Origin: a virus
Taxonomy: Duplodnaviria; Caudoviricetes
DNA: 45,113 nt
Strand: one strand, 5' to 3'
Virus record (IMG/VR): IMGVR_UViG_3300025718_000011
Coordinates: 1-45,113 of that record
This document shows positions 16,142-24,347 of this stretch, one piece after another (within the stretch, counting starts at the first letter, position 1; each line of letters opens with the position of its first letter). The translations under genes and the position numbers were made by a program. The notes beneath the pieces were generated by a model. It saw only the letters and a program-made list of their open reading frames with translations. It ran no database searches and was not told where the DNA came from.

Positions 16142-16489
16142 TCACGCCGCCTTCGATTCCTCTGCCGTCTCCATGATGGCGCAATGATGATTGTAGTCGG
16201 CAATGTCAAGATTCATGGCATACATGCGATTAATTGCAGCATCCACCAAATGTTCGTGCAGCAATACGTCCCGCGTATTGTATAATTCTCTCGTCCACTT
16301 CACGATAGCGCACCTATACTCGTTGAACTCCAAATGAATGTTGAGATACCCACCCATCTTTCGAAGGAGCAGCCCCAATTGAATCGCCGACGTCGCGTCG
16401 ACCGTGCCGATGTCTACAACCGCTTCACAGTGCTCACCTTGCCACGTAATGACGGTTTTACAGTCTGAAGATGGTGCAAATTGAATCAT
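16142..16489 (-). CDS. Hypothetical protein
   Basis: GGGGGTG RBS, operon fit. Confidence 0.6.
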   Translation of the reverse strand: MIQFAPSSDCKTVITWQGEHCEAVVDIGTVDATSAIQLGLLLRKMGGYLNIHLEFNEYRCAIVKWTRELYNTRDVLLHEHLVDAAINRMYAMNLDIADYNHHCAIMETAEESKAA

Positions 16490-16509
16490 ACGTCACCCCC
16501 CTTAAGATT

Positions 16510-16983
16510 TTACGCCGCCCTTGCTAGTTGAATGTTCGCAAAGGTGTTCAGCCGGCTATAAACCTGCCTCGAAGAAATGTCGAGAGTCAATGCAATCTGC
16601 GCAGCATTCATTCCTTGTCTCCACAAATTTACCGTAGCAAAACAGCGTTCGGCATAATGATCTGCTTTCGTCCGCATCCGTTTTTCTATAGCCGCATTCC
16701 ATTTCAATGACGTTTCTCTTGTTAATCCAGCATTCCAGATCGGGCGATCTGGAGAGTGAATCTGATTGTGTTCAGCATAGGTTACAAGAGCTAGATTTCC
16801 CAAATGATTATCCTTTTTGTCGCCGTTGATGTGATGAATGCAAAAACCCTCCGGAATGGGGCCATGCACTTGTTCCCAGATGTATCGATGCAGTTCCAAG
16901 TTGTGTCCATTTCGCTCTATTCTAGAGTATCTTTCCGTACCAGTCGTTGTAACAAACTTCCCGTTACTGTCTCTGTTTAGCAT
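16510..16983 (-). CDS. Free-standing HNH endonuclease
   Basis: LHRYIWE..HGPIP..IHHINGDKKDNHLGNL..EHNQIH; C-terminal HTH; overlaps the mini-nrdD 3' end. Confidence 0.88.
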   Translation of the reverse strand: MLNRDSNGKFVTTTGTERYSRIERNGHNLELHRYIWEQVHGPIPEGFCIHHINGDKKDNHLGNLALVTYAEHNQIHSPDRPIWNAGLTRETSLKWNAAIEKRMRTKADHYAERCFATVNLWRQGMNAAQIALTLDISSRQVYSRLNTFANIQLARAA

Positions 16984-17170
16984 CTTCGAGCGCTTGTTTC
17001 TCGTCAAAGTTCACGCGATCCGCCCACTCAGCTTTCTTCCCCTTATTCCACTGAGCAATGGGTCGAAGGTATCCAACAATTCTAGAGAACACTTCACACT
17101 GGGTGCGTTTCTCGGCTGGAATGATGGTGCCGTTGTCCAGGAGAAGATCCCCGTTATCAAGTTCCTTCAT
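16964..17170 (-). CDS. Stand-alone NrdD C-terminal glycyl-radical domain (68 aa)
   Basis: CEVFSRIVGYLRPIAQWNKGKKAEWADR matches the class III RNR C-terminal RxxGY motif. Confidence 0.85.
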   Translation of the reverse strand: MKELDNGDLLLDNGTIIPAEKRTQCEVFSRIVGYLRPIAQWNKGKKAEWADRVNFDEKQALEDAKQRQ

Positions 17171-17526
17171 CCCGCCACCTCCAAGACGAGCGCAGCAAGA
17201 GCGGAAACATGCGTAGGATACTGCCCCACTCCCTCGTGATAATTCAAGACATCGTCGTCAATGTCTACATCCATTCCAAACCCCTCCCTGCGAAAACTTG
17301 AAATAGTAGCATCGGGATATTTAGTTCTCAGCCATTCTTCCAGTTCGCCAGCCATGGGTGCGGCACAGAGCATATCGCTACTCATCGCGTCTACAACCCA
17401 CACCGCGACACTAACTGCCCCAACCTCTCGCGTGGGATACCAAGCAAGCGCGGTAAATTGGGGGAACCCTGCTGCCTTCAACTGCTGGCAGAGGTCAAGA
17501 GAGGGGACAAGTTCAGTGAGGGTCAT
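17167..17526 (-). CDS. Phage hypothetical protein
   Basis: SLDLCQQLKAAGFPQ...APMAGEL pattern; coupled start. Confidence 0.7.
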   Translation of the reverse strand: MTLTELVPSLDLCQQLKAAGFPQFTALAWYPTREVGAVSVAVWVVDAMSSDMLCAAPMAGELEEWLRTKYPDATISSFRREGFGMDVDIDDDVLNYHEGVGQYPTHVSALAALVLEVAG

Positions 17527-17633
17527 GGTTTCACCTTCCGATATAAAATGACGATGGCGCACCACAATACGATGTTGGTAATAAGTTGTGAGGCCATGAA
17601 TAGCAAGACACCCCACGGCACATTCTCGCTCAT
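17523..17633 (-). CDS. Small membrane peptide (36 aa)
   Basis: AAGGAG RBS, single hydrophobic helix. Confidence 0.55.
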   Translation of the reverse strand: MSENVPWGVLLFMASQLITNIVLWCAIVILYRKVKP

Positions 17634-17845
17634 TTCTCGCTCTCCTTTGTGGGCGCGAGGACGGGAAGTTTCCATCGGGGATTGACAGAATAGTGATAAC
17701 TGGGGCAAGCAATAACGCTATCACCACTTTCTGATGCAAACATCGGATCGTTGCTTTCTTCAGCAAATGTCGGATTAGATGCACAAGTAGCAAAATCGTT
17801 GGTACAGTAACGGCACAGATGGTTGCCTTGTTCAGTTCTTGCCAT
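17630..17845 (-). CDS. Small Cys-rich protein
   Basis: LCRYCTNDFATC...VIACPSY; RBS supplied by the junction repeat. Confidence 0.65.
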   Translation of the reverse strand: MARTEQGNHLCRYCTNDFATCASNPTFAEESNDPMFASESGDSVIACPSYHYSVNPRWKLPVLAPTKESEK

Positions 17846-17875
17846 TGTCGTTCTCCTTTGTGGGCGCGAGGACGG
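17641..17875. repeat. 24-bp perfect direct repeat at two gene junctions
   Basis: TCTCCTTTGTGGGCGCGAGGACGG at 17641-17664 and 17852-17875. Confidence 0.95.
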
Positions 17876-18116
17876 CATCTAGAACAACATAATATGACCC
17901 ACCCTCTACCGTTGGGTCGCCATGATAGTGTTCTGAGCCCGCCCTTATCTCCACTTTTAACTGTTCTTCCCCTTCTCTCACGCCCTCGGAGCGGGCGGCA
18001 GAGATAAGGGAGTCAAGATGCTTCTTGATTGTCTCATTAAGGGCGATGTCGGTTGTTGAACACAGTGCCAGCAGTTCATTTTTTCTCCATACAACTTCCG
18101 TCTCAACCTTAGTCAT
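17832..18116 (-). CDS. Hypothetical protein (paralog of 3649-3939)
   Basis: MTKVE start, LISAARSEGV helix; GGAGG RBS. Confidence 0.7.
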   Translation of the reverse strand: MTKVETEVVWRKNELLALCSTTDIALNETIKKHLDSLISAARSEGVREGEEQLKVEIRAGSEHYHGDPTVEGGSYYVVLDAVLAPTKENDNGKN

Positions 18117-19800
18117 GCTTGGCCTCCATGTCTCTCAAAACCATCTCCACGACGTTCTTCTTCTGCTCCAGTGCAGCATAGACCTTCTCGTCCACAGTGT
18201 CTTGCATGATTAACTGAACGTACGTCACGGAGCGATCTTGCCCTGGCCGATGAACTCTTGCCAGGGATTGCTCGTATTCTGACAGAGAATAACCAACGCT
18301 GTAGTACACGCAGTAACACGCGCGGGTCAGGTCCACTCCCAGACCACCCGTGGCAATCTGAACGGCAAGAACTTGACCGTCTTTCTGCCACTCGGCAAGA
18401 TCGTTGTGCCGGCCTGACAGTTCCAGATATGCTCGTTTCTGCTCAGCACAGACAGCTTTGATGCTCTCGGCGTCTTGAACGAACCTGTAAAAAATAGTTA
18501 CAGGTTCATCTCGTGGCAGGTCGTCCAGAACGTCTGCGAGCAGTTCCTGTTTCGCACTGTCCACATGCTGCGGCTTCGCCTCGGGGTTAAACACATCCGC
18601 ATCGGGAGTCAACCATCCACCCGTTAACTGGGAAAGACGCAACAACTTGACAAGCCCGTTCGCCGCCGTCACGGTGCCACTCGCAATCTGCGCCACAAGG
18701 TCTTTCTCCAAAGCCTTATAGATTTTCATGGCAGACGGACTTAAGGCGGAAGTACGCGGAATCGTTGTTGCTTCCGGGAGAGTCAAGACGGAACGGTCGG
18801 CATGGATGGCGATACTGTAAAATCTATGGTTGTACTCCTCGACGTTCTTGTACCCTAGTATTTCATATCCCTGAAAACCGCCCATGATTGCGTACTTCTC
18901 ACGGAACGCCGCGAACGACGTACCAAAGACGCCGCTGTCCAATGCCCTGTATAACCCATAAATCGTAAGGGGACCATTTGGACAAGGAGTTCCGGTCAGG
19001 GCAACTCTCTTGGCGACAGTCTTGCCCAGCGAGTGGAAATACTTGGAGACGCGGGAGCCGGGGGCTTGAAGCTTGTGCCCTTCGTCCATGACAAGGAGGT
19101 CGATATCGGTATGTATCAGGCGGAAAGAAAGGGGATCTCGCCATGCCGATTCGTAATTCACGACGATGACCACCGAACCATCGTACTCGAACGCCTTCAC
19201 CATCGTTTGCTCTTTTGCGGTCACACTTCCTTTATCCAGGGGCACAATCAGGATACCGCCTGAACGAGGAAACGCCTCGCCTTTATGCCAAACCATAACG
19301 GAGACGGTAGCATGCTTCGGAAACTCCGTCAGCCATACGCTGATGACGGAAAGAGGACAAACGACGACGGTTGTTTTGACGTATTGATTTTGCACATACC
19401 ACACAACGGGCGCGGTCTTACCCGTTCCTAGCCCGAGATAAGCGAGAAGAGCCGGCTGCTTGACCATAGCCCAATACTCCAGCTTCTGATGCGGCCACGG
19501 TGCCAGACGCGCATTGGGCACGTCTGGAAGCTCGGCCCCCATAGCCCGAAGACGCGAGGTCTCGCCGGACTGCGCAGCAAGTGCCTTGAGACGGGGCACG
19601 TCATTGCACAATAGCCGACCCTTGAACGTCTGAAGAAGAGATTGAGCAAGGGCGGGAGACAAGTCGCCTTGCCACGCCCTGCTCGGCTTCGACCAGGACA
19701 GTCCGGGAATGGAACGCAGATTGTCCAAATCAGAATATGGAGCTTGGACAATGATGTTGGAATCAGAAAAACGAGCGATGACGTTATCGACGGATGTCAT
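18109..19800 (-). CDS. SNF2-family (SF2) helicase
   Basis: LGLGTGKT, VVCP, MDEGH, ALTGTP, GGLGVDLT, QSLARVHRPGQ. Confidence 0.92.
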   Translation of the reverse strand: MTSVDNVIARFSDSNIIVQAPYSDLDNLRSIPGLSWSKPSRAWQGDLSPALAQSLLQTFKGRLLCNDVPRLKALAAQSGETSRLRAMGAELPDVPNARLAPWPHQKLEYWAMVKQPALLAYLGLGTGKTAPVVWYVQNQYVKTTVVVCPLSVISVWLTEFPKHATVSVMVWHKGEAFPRSGGILIVPLDKGSVTAKEQTMVKAFEYDGSVVIVVNYESAWRDPLSFRLIHTDIDLLVMDEGHKLQAPGSRVSKYFHSLGKTVAKRVALTGTPCPNGPLTIYGLYRALDSGVFGTSFAAFREKYAIMGGFQGYEILGYKNVEEYNHRFYSIAIHADRSVLTLPEATTIPRTSALSPSAMKIYKALEKDLVAQIASGTVTAANGLVKLLRLSQLTGGWLTPDADVFNPEAKPQHVDSAKQELLADVLDDLPRDEPVTIFYRFVQDAESIKAVCAEQKRAYLELSGRHNDLAEWQKDGQVLAVQIATGGLGVDLTRACYCVYYSVGYSLSEYEQSLARVHRPGQDRSVTYVQLIMQDTVDEKVYAALEQKKNVVEMVLRDMEAKHD

Positions 19801-20672
19801 GCTATCGCCTTCTGATAATCACTCCACCGGCAGGACTTGAACGTCGCCTTCATGTTACACCACCGCGCAAATCGTCGCTGATACAGGTCAGACTTGACGA
19901 AAGGCATGACGAATGGGTCTACTCTCAGCGAGCGCAGGGTTTCCACGCGGTGCAAGTCCTCTTCTGGCGTAGAATCAAAGCCGATCAGGACGTAGACCAT
20001 GATGTCATGGTACGAGGTGAAGCCGCCAAGCCGAAGGTTCTCCAGCCCATGCAGGACTTCGCTCTCTTCCTTGACGTTATCCCAGGCAAAATGAATCTGC
20101 TTCCAGAGCTTGACCTTCCGTAGCGTCTGTGCCTGTTCCACGGTGATCAGTCTCAGGTCAAGCCCCTGAGAAAAATCCACGCGAACTTTAGCGTCAATGA
20201 GCTGCAGGCAGGTTTTCTCAAAGTCTTTTGGGCTTGTCGTGAGATTATTGTCCAACAGTTCCACTCGCTCCTGTCCATGCCAGAAGTCCGACAAGTCTGC
20301 CACACGATGAACTAGCCCCTCCTTCTGGGGGACAACGCAGAATGAACACTTGCGGACGCAGCCTCTTGTCGTATATCCTATTGCGCGGTCAACGCCAAAA
20401 GCGGCATAGTCGGGATAGATCGCTTCAACTTCATCGGGCAAAACGGTCGTCAGGTCATACCCTGTGCCGCCTTGGATTATCTCGTCAGCATGGATGTGAT
20501 AGGGATACTCGGGACTGAAGTCAAAGACCTTCGCCCTGTACGCCCTGTTGTAATAGACGCCAGGAACGGGGCTTACGTCAACCCCGTCTCCCTGTGCCTT
20601 GTGCCATGCTGACAGCTTCATCAATGCGAGGTTGGGCTGCTTGCCGTCAACTTGGATCAGGGCAATCCTCAT
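19797..20672 (-). CDS. Radical SAM protein
   Basis: TRGCVRKCSFCVVP (CxxxCxxC); N-terminal PNLALMKLSAWHK. Confidence 0.88.
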   Translation of the reverse strand: MRIALIQVDGKQPNLALMKLSAWHKAQGDGVDVSPVPGVYYNRAYRAKVFDFSPEYPYHIHADEIIQGGTGYDLTTVLPDEVEAIYPDYAAFGVDRAIGYTTRGCVRKCSFCVVPQKEGLVHRVADLSDFWHGQERVELLDNNLTTSPKDFEKTCLQLIDAKVRVDFSQGLDLRLITVEQAQTLRKVKLWKQIHFAWDNVKEESEVLHGLENLRLGGFTSYHDIMVYVLIGFDSTPEEDLHRVETLRSLRVDPFVMPFVKSDLYQRRFARWCNMKATFKSCRWSDYQKAIA

Positions 20673-20812
20673 GACTTCCCCGGATTCTTTGCCTTCCACT
20701 TGCGATAGACGTTCAGCCGCCATTCACGGCAACGGCGCGACGTGATGTACGCGGGTGGCTCAATGGCTTTTGATGGTTTTAAGAGGATAACTTCTTTTTT
20801 GCCCATGCCCAT
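20669..20812 (-). CDS. Small basic protein (47 aa)
   Basis: GGAGG RBS; ATGA-coupled to the radical SAM gene. Confidence 0.5.
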   Translation of the reverse strand: MGMGKKEVILLKPSKAIEPPAYITSRRCREWRLNVYRKWKAKNPGKS

Positions 20813-20836
20813 ACCATGCCTCCAATGTTCGTGGAC

Positions 20837-21028
20837 TTACAGTTTAACACAAGGTGAAGAGGAGGGGGGTGAAGGAATGCTCTCCACTCTGATCTTCACG
20901 TTCTTTTCACCGAGGCGCACACCATAGACTTCGGCGAGAAGATCGTCAATCAACCGGCAAATACCATCACCCACCTCAAACACGGTCGGACTTGTCCACT
21001 TCTCGGGGTCGTAGCCCTTAGGAGGCAT
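20837..21028 (-). CDS. Hypothetical protein
   Basis: TAATG coupling with the upstream ORF. Confidence 0.55.
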   Translation of the reverse strand: MPPKGYDPEKWTSPTVFEVGDGICRLIDDLLAEVYGVRLGEKNVKIRVESIPSPPSSSPCVKL

Positions 21029-21210
21029 TACGCCGCCACCTTCATTGTCAGCACTTCATTCCACGCCTCGATGATGGCGCAACGCCTTTGTCCTCTCTTC
21101 ACCGCACGACTAATACGCAGCGCAGCAACGGGAGACTTGTAGGAGATCGAAGAACGAGATGAATGAACGTGCTGAACCGACGTGCCCTTGACATACATGC
21201 CCATAACCAT
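21028..21210 (-). CDS. Hypothetical protein
   Basis: GGAGG RBS. Confidence 0.55.
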   Translation of the reverse strand: MVMGMYVKGTSVQHVHSSRSSISYKSPVAALRISRAVKRGQRRCAIIEAWNEVLTMKVAA

Positions 21211-21249
21211 GCCTCCAGAACAGCCTAGCCTGTTACGGCCCTCCGGCTG

Positions 21250-21624
21250 CTAGTGCGATGCCTTATCTATAACCCCATTTATACAATGTCCGCTGTGGTC
21301 CACAATATCTGTTGGCTTTGGATTCTCCGGCCAATCTGCCGGGTATCCATTTGTAAACAATAGGGGGGATTTAGACCGTAATCGCACGTCACGACCACCG
21401 TATTGCATCGCGATTACACTTTCTGGCACAACGGGCATTTCATATTCGTGAGCCGTCTGAGTTCCGTGCCATTGGTCTACCTCCATTATTATCAGGCGTA
21501 GTCGATAGTAAGTCATCATGGCGTCTTGTTCTCGGGCGCGACACAATGCGCTCTCAAAATTCTTTGCGTCCTGACGGCGAGCTTCGGCAAGGCGCATTTT
21601 CAAATCACGCTTCAGTGTCCGCAC
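21250..21624 (-). CDS. Hypothetical protein
   Basis: 124-aa ORF in operon orientation. Confidence 0.55.
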   Translation of the reverse strand: MRTLKRDLKMRLAEARRQDAKNFESALCRAREQDAMMTYYRLRLIIMEVDQWHGTQTAHEYEMPVVPESVIAMQYGGRDVRLRSKSPLLFTNGYPADWPENPKPTDIVDHSGHCINGVIDKASH

Positions 21625-21627
21625 GGT

Positions 21628-21768
21628 CTAGTGCCCCGCATTCTGCATCGCGTTCCACGTAGCCCTAAAACCTCCGGCAACGCCAGTGAGTTCAAGAAGC
21701 AGCCACAGAACAATGACGAAGAAAAGAATTCCGATGATGTGAAAGAGATTCGTGATGAAGTTCTTCAT
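21628..21768 (-). CDS. Small membrane protein (46 aa)
   Basis: GGAGGT RBS, ATGA-coupled to the recombinase, one TM helix. Confidence 0.6.
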   Translation of the reverse strand: MKNFITNLFHIIGILFFVIVLWLLLELTGVAGGFRATWNAMQNAGH

Positions 21769-22532
21769 GCCGTACCTCCCCATTCTGTCAATATGCGATT
21801 CTGCTTCCCGTTCTTCGCTGTGATTCCACCATAGCTGTACTGCCCTGAGTACAAGGCAGAACGGTCGAGGACCCGCTTGACTTGGACTGAGTGCCAATTC
21901 TTTCCTTCTGCCGTTTTCACGCTTAGGGTGTTCAGTTCCGCCGCAATGCGCTGCATTGTCATTCCCTTCGCGCGAAGAACGAAGACTTCACGCACAATGT
22001 TTGCTTTCTCGTCCTCAACGGTCAAGACTTTCCCTCCCCTTGTGGAGGTATACCCCATCGGAGCGCGGCCACCTGCGTAGCCGCCCACCATAGCCTTTGC
22101 CTTTCTGCCACCCGACATACGGCTGGTGATGCGGGCTTTCTCGAACTCGGCGAATGCGCCGATGATCTCACGGAACAGGCGCGACGTCGGGTCGCTGCCG
22201 TTTGTAGGCTCGGCGACAGAGATGATTTCCACGCCAGCCTTCAACAACTCCTTCTCGATCCACAACTGGTACATGAGGTCTCGGGCCACTCTGTCCAACT
22301 TGGCAACGATAACGATGGAGAAAGTGTGGAGAGAAGCAGAAGAGAGAAGATCAGACAAGCCAGGACGGTCCAATGTGGCGCCAGAAATGCCGGCGTCCTC
22401 GTACCAGCTTTGGATGTGCATGTCGTGCGCATCTGCGTAGTTTTGAATGTCGGTTCTCTGCACATCCAGCCCGTAACGATCGGAACCTGCCTGTGCGTCG
22501 GTACTTACTCTGATGTATGCTGCAACCACCAT
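21765..22532 (-). CDS. Serine recombinase (resolvase catalytic + recombinase domain, 255 aa)
   Basis: AYIRVST, EDAGISG, DRPGL, KLDRVAR, FAEFE, GGRAPMGY; no zinc ribbon/coiled coil. Confidence 0.92.
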   Translation of the reverse strand: MVVAAYIRVSTDAQAGSDRYGLDVQRTDIQNYADAHDMHIQSWYEDAGISGATLDRPGLSDLLSSASLHTFSIVIVAKLDRVARDLMYQLWIEKELLKAGVEIISVAEPTNGSDPTSRLFREIIGAFAEFEKARITSRMSGGRKAKAMVGGYAGGRAPMGYTSTRGGKVLTVEDEKANIVREVFVLRAKGMTMQRIAAELNTLSVKTAEGKNWHSVQVKRVLDRSALYSGQYSYGGITAKNGKQNRILTEWGGTA

Positions 22533-22606
22533 AGCCTTGCCTCCTTTTTAAATTGTATCACAAATAAAAACCACCATAGCCTTTCTTTTAAAACCACCAT
22601 AGCCTT
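22524..22606. repeat. Three 15-bp direct repeats over the recombinase start and upstream
   Basis: AACCACCATAGCCTT at 22524, 22569 and 22592; partial copies at 22085-22097 and 21826-21835. Confidence 0.9.
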
Positions 22607-22666
22607 AAATTCTGCGGGCGAGGGGAAAAATCTCTGCGCCGCAGAAAAGCGTTTGTCGAACATCAT

Positions 22667-22695
22667 AAAAAGCGCCGGGGTTGCTGGCCCCGGCG
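22667..22695 (-). terminator. Intrinsic terminator
   Basis: CGCCGGGG/CCCCGGCG stem followed by CTTTTT on the - strand. Confidence 0.7.
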
Positions 22696-22709
22696 ATCGC
22701 TGCCCCTTG

Positions 22710-22964
22710 CTAGTAGTTCCAGCTTCCATCTACGCAGATACTGCGGTCAATGGGGTTTGTGTCGTGGTCTTCCTCTTCTCTTTCGTATACTTCCACGTCT
22801 ATAAAGTGTATGGCGGTCAGACTTGCCCTGCGGTCAGTTCTAGGCATAATCGCGTAGCGGCCCGTCTCACCGTGCTCGCTTAGCCACTTAAGGCCATCAT
22901 GCAGGCTGTTGCACGAACGGACTTTTTCTAGTGTCGCGTCGCTCTTGAAGTGTAGAATGTGCAT
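22710..22964 (-). CDS. Hypothetical protein
   Basis: GAGGAG RBS. Confidence 0.6.
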   Translation of the reverse strand: MHILHFKSDATLEKVRSCNSLHDGLKWLSEHGETGRYAIMPRTDRRASLTAIHFIDVEVYEREEEDHDTNPIDRSICVDGSWNY

Positions 22965-23045
22965 GTTTGTGCTCCTCGCGTAAGGCCGCCGCCATATGTG
23001 GATATGTTCAAGGGGGCTGGTTGCCCGGCTCCCTTCAGCATACCT

Positions 23046-23165
23046 TCAGTCGCTCCCGCTGGGTTTGCCGTCTCCCAGGAGGATCAGAATACCTAGAATG
23101 AGATACAAGAGGACAGCACCAATGGCACCAACAACGGCAGAAAAGAACCAACGAAAAAGTTTCAC
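23046..23165 (-). CDS. Small membrane peptide (39 aa)
   Basis: GTGA coupling; KLFRWFFSAVVGAIGAVLLYLILGILILL. Confidence 0.55.
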   Translation of the reverse strand: MKLFRWFFSAVVGAIGAVLLYLILGILILLGDGKPSGSD

Positions 23166-23470
23166 GACTCGACCACGTGAAAAGCGGTTCCGCCGTAGTT
23201 CCAATCTACGCCAGCATCCGCAGCACTAATTGAAATTCCATGCCGTTTTTCCAGTGTTCCATCTTCAATCTTGATGTTCTGGAGAGTAATCCCGTATGCT
23301 TTTTGAAGTGTTCTCTCGTTGACTTCGCTATCAAGTCCAAGCCCACCAAGATCAACCAAGACGCCCAATATTTGTTTCCACGTCATTTGAATGATGCATC
23401 CGTATGTCCTCGTGGACAAATCAAGATAGATGAACCCGTCTTGTGCTTGGTAGAAACTGGAGTCCCTCAT
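23162..23470 (-). CDS. Hypothetical protein
   Basis: ATGA-coupled start MRDSSF. Confidence 0.6.
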   Translation of the reverse strand: MRDSSFYQAQDGFIYLDLSTRTYGCIIQMTWKQILGVLVDLGGLGLDSEVNERTLQKAYGITLQNIKIEDGTLEKRHGISISAADAGVDWNYGGTAFHVVES

Positions 23471-23688
23471 GCCGCCACGTCCACATGAATCATGGGACAC
23501 TTGCCCGACTCAGGAGCTACGCACATACGGCAAGTATCAGAACCAGCCCACACACAGCGAGCAGGAACGCCCAGCGGCTTGATCTTGTCAATTGCATCGT
23601 CTAACCTGTCGACGAGTGCCCAGTCTCTTGCTTTTACTGCCTTGTCCCATTGATTGTTCAACATACACAGTGTTGCGCCCATTGCCAT
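23467..23688 (-). CDS. Hypothetical protein
   Basis: GGAGG RBS, Cys-rich C-terminus. Confidence 0.6.
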   Translation of the reverse strand: MAMGATLCMLNNQWDKAVKARDWALVDRLDDAIDKIKPLGVPARCVWAGSDTCRMCVAPESGKCPMIHVDVAA

Positions 23689-23724
23689 GCCTCCATTGAT
23701 GGAGAGCCTTGTCATATCGTGGCT

Positions 23725-23790
23725 TCCATCGACAAGCCGCTATATAGCGGCTTGTTTCGTCCCGGTGCTACCGGGACTCATCAGGATGGA
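23725..23790 (-). ncRNA. Hammerhead ribozyme, type I (HH3), GUC cleavage
   Basis: UCCAUC-CUGAUGA-GUCCCGGU agc ACCGGGAC-GAAA-CAAGCCGCU auau AGCGGCUUG-UC-GAUGGA. Confidence 0.95.
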
Positions 23791-24045
23791 TTACTTGTAC
23801 AAGTCAAAGGCAAGACGCTTGATGTCTGCCTTGTCTGCCTCTCGGCAGAATTCCCAGCCAGTGAACCAGATTTCAACGACATATCCAGCGTAGTTGTCAT
23901 TCTCTGCCCAAACTTCATGCTTGTTGCTGTCAGGGTTCCACAGCAGAACTTCATGCTTGGCAATTCCAGAGATGCTCATTCCGGTATCGCTCAGTTTTTC
24001 GCGAGTCTGCGAGCCACAAACAACAGCATTCATAGGATAGATCAT
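23791..24045 (-). CDS. Hypothetical protein
   Basis: ATGA-coupled; stop abuts HH3. Confidence 0.65.
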   Translation of the reverse strand: MIYPMNAVVCGSQTREKLSDTGMSISGIAKHEVLLWNPDSNKHEVWAENDNYAGYVVEIWFTGWEFCREADKADIKRLAFDLYK

Positions 24046-24239
24046 GCCACACCGCCAACGACATAGTTGAAGTCATCCGCAGAATATTTGAAGAAGACAT
24101 AACGCGCGATTGCATTAGCGGCGTTCATGTATCTCTGCCAGCCTTCCTCATTTCCAACATCATCGGCCTTGATTGCCTTATCCACCAGGATTGCGAACCT
24201 GTCATGTGCCAATTTCTTCAATGTGTCCGACATGCCCAA
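24042..24239 (-). CDS. Hypothetical protein
   Basis: GGGAG RBS, helical 65 aa. Confidence 0.6.
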   Translation of the reverse strand: MGMSDTLKKLAHDRFAILVDKAIKADDVGNEEGWQRYMNAANAIARYVFFKYSADDFNYVVGGVA

Positions 24240-24285
24240 TGCTCCCAGCCCGGCGCCGTACGTTCACGCCCGCAGCCATGCTTCA

Positions 24286-24345
24286 GACTACGACGCCCGG
24301 ACAAAGTGTCCGGGCGTTTCGCTGTTACCAGCTCGTCGGGTAGTC
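24286..24345 (-). ncRNA. Hammerhead ribozyme, type I (HH2), U4C core variant, GUC cleavage
   Basis: GACUAC-CCGACGA-GCUG guaa CAGC-GAAA-CGCCCGGACA cuu UGUCCGGGCG-UC-GUAGUC. Confidence 0.88.
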
Positions 24346-24347
24346 GG

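Noticed and set aside
3971-20123. Long + strand ORFs such as 3971-4588, 5209-5802, 11462-12094, 13432-14028 and 15743-16285
   Set aside because: Antisense shadows of well-supported - strand genes, with no motifs or RBS
21210-21250. Twister-like motif (GAGGG...UA) on the - strand
   Set aside because: No pseudoknot partner or conserved L4 sequence; looks like a simple hairpin
23045-23080. GGCAAACC resembling a c-di-GMP-I riboswitch
   Set aside because: Lies within a small CDS and lacks the GAAA-capped P2 and GGACGCAAA elements
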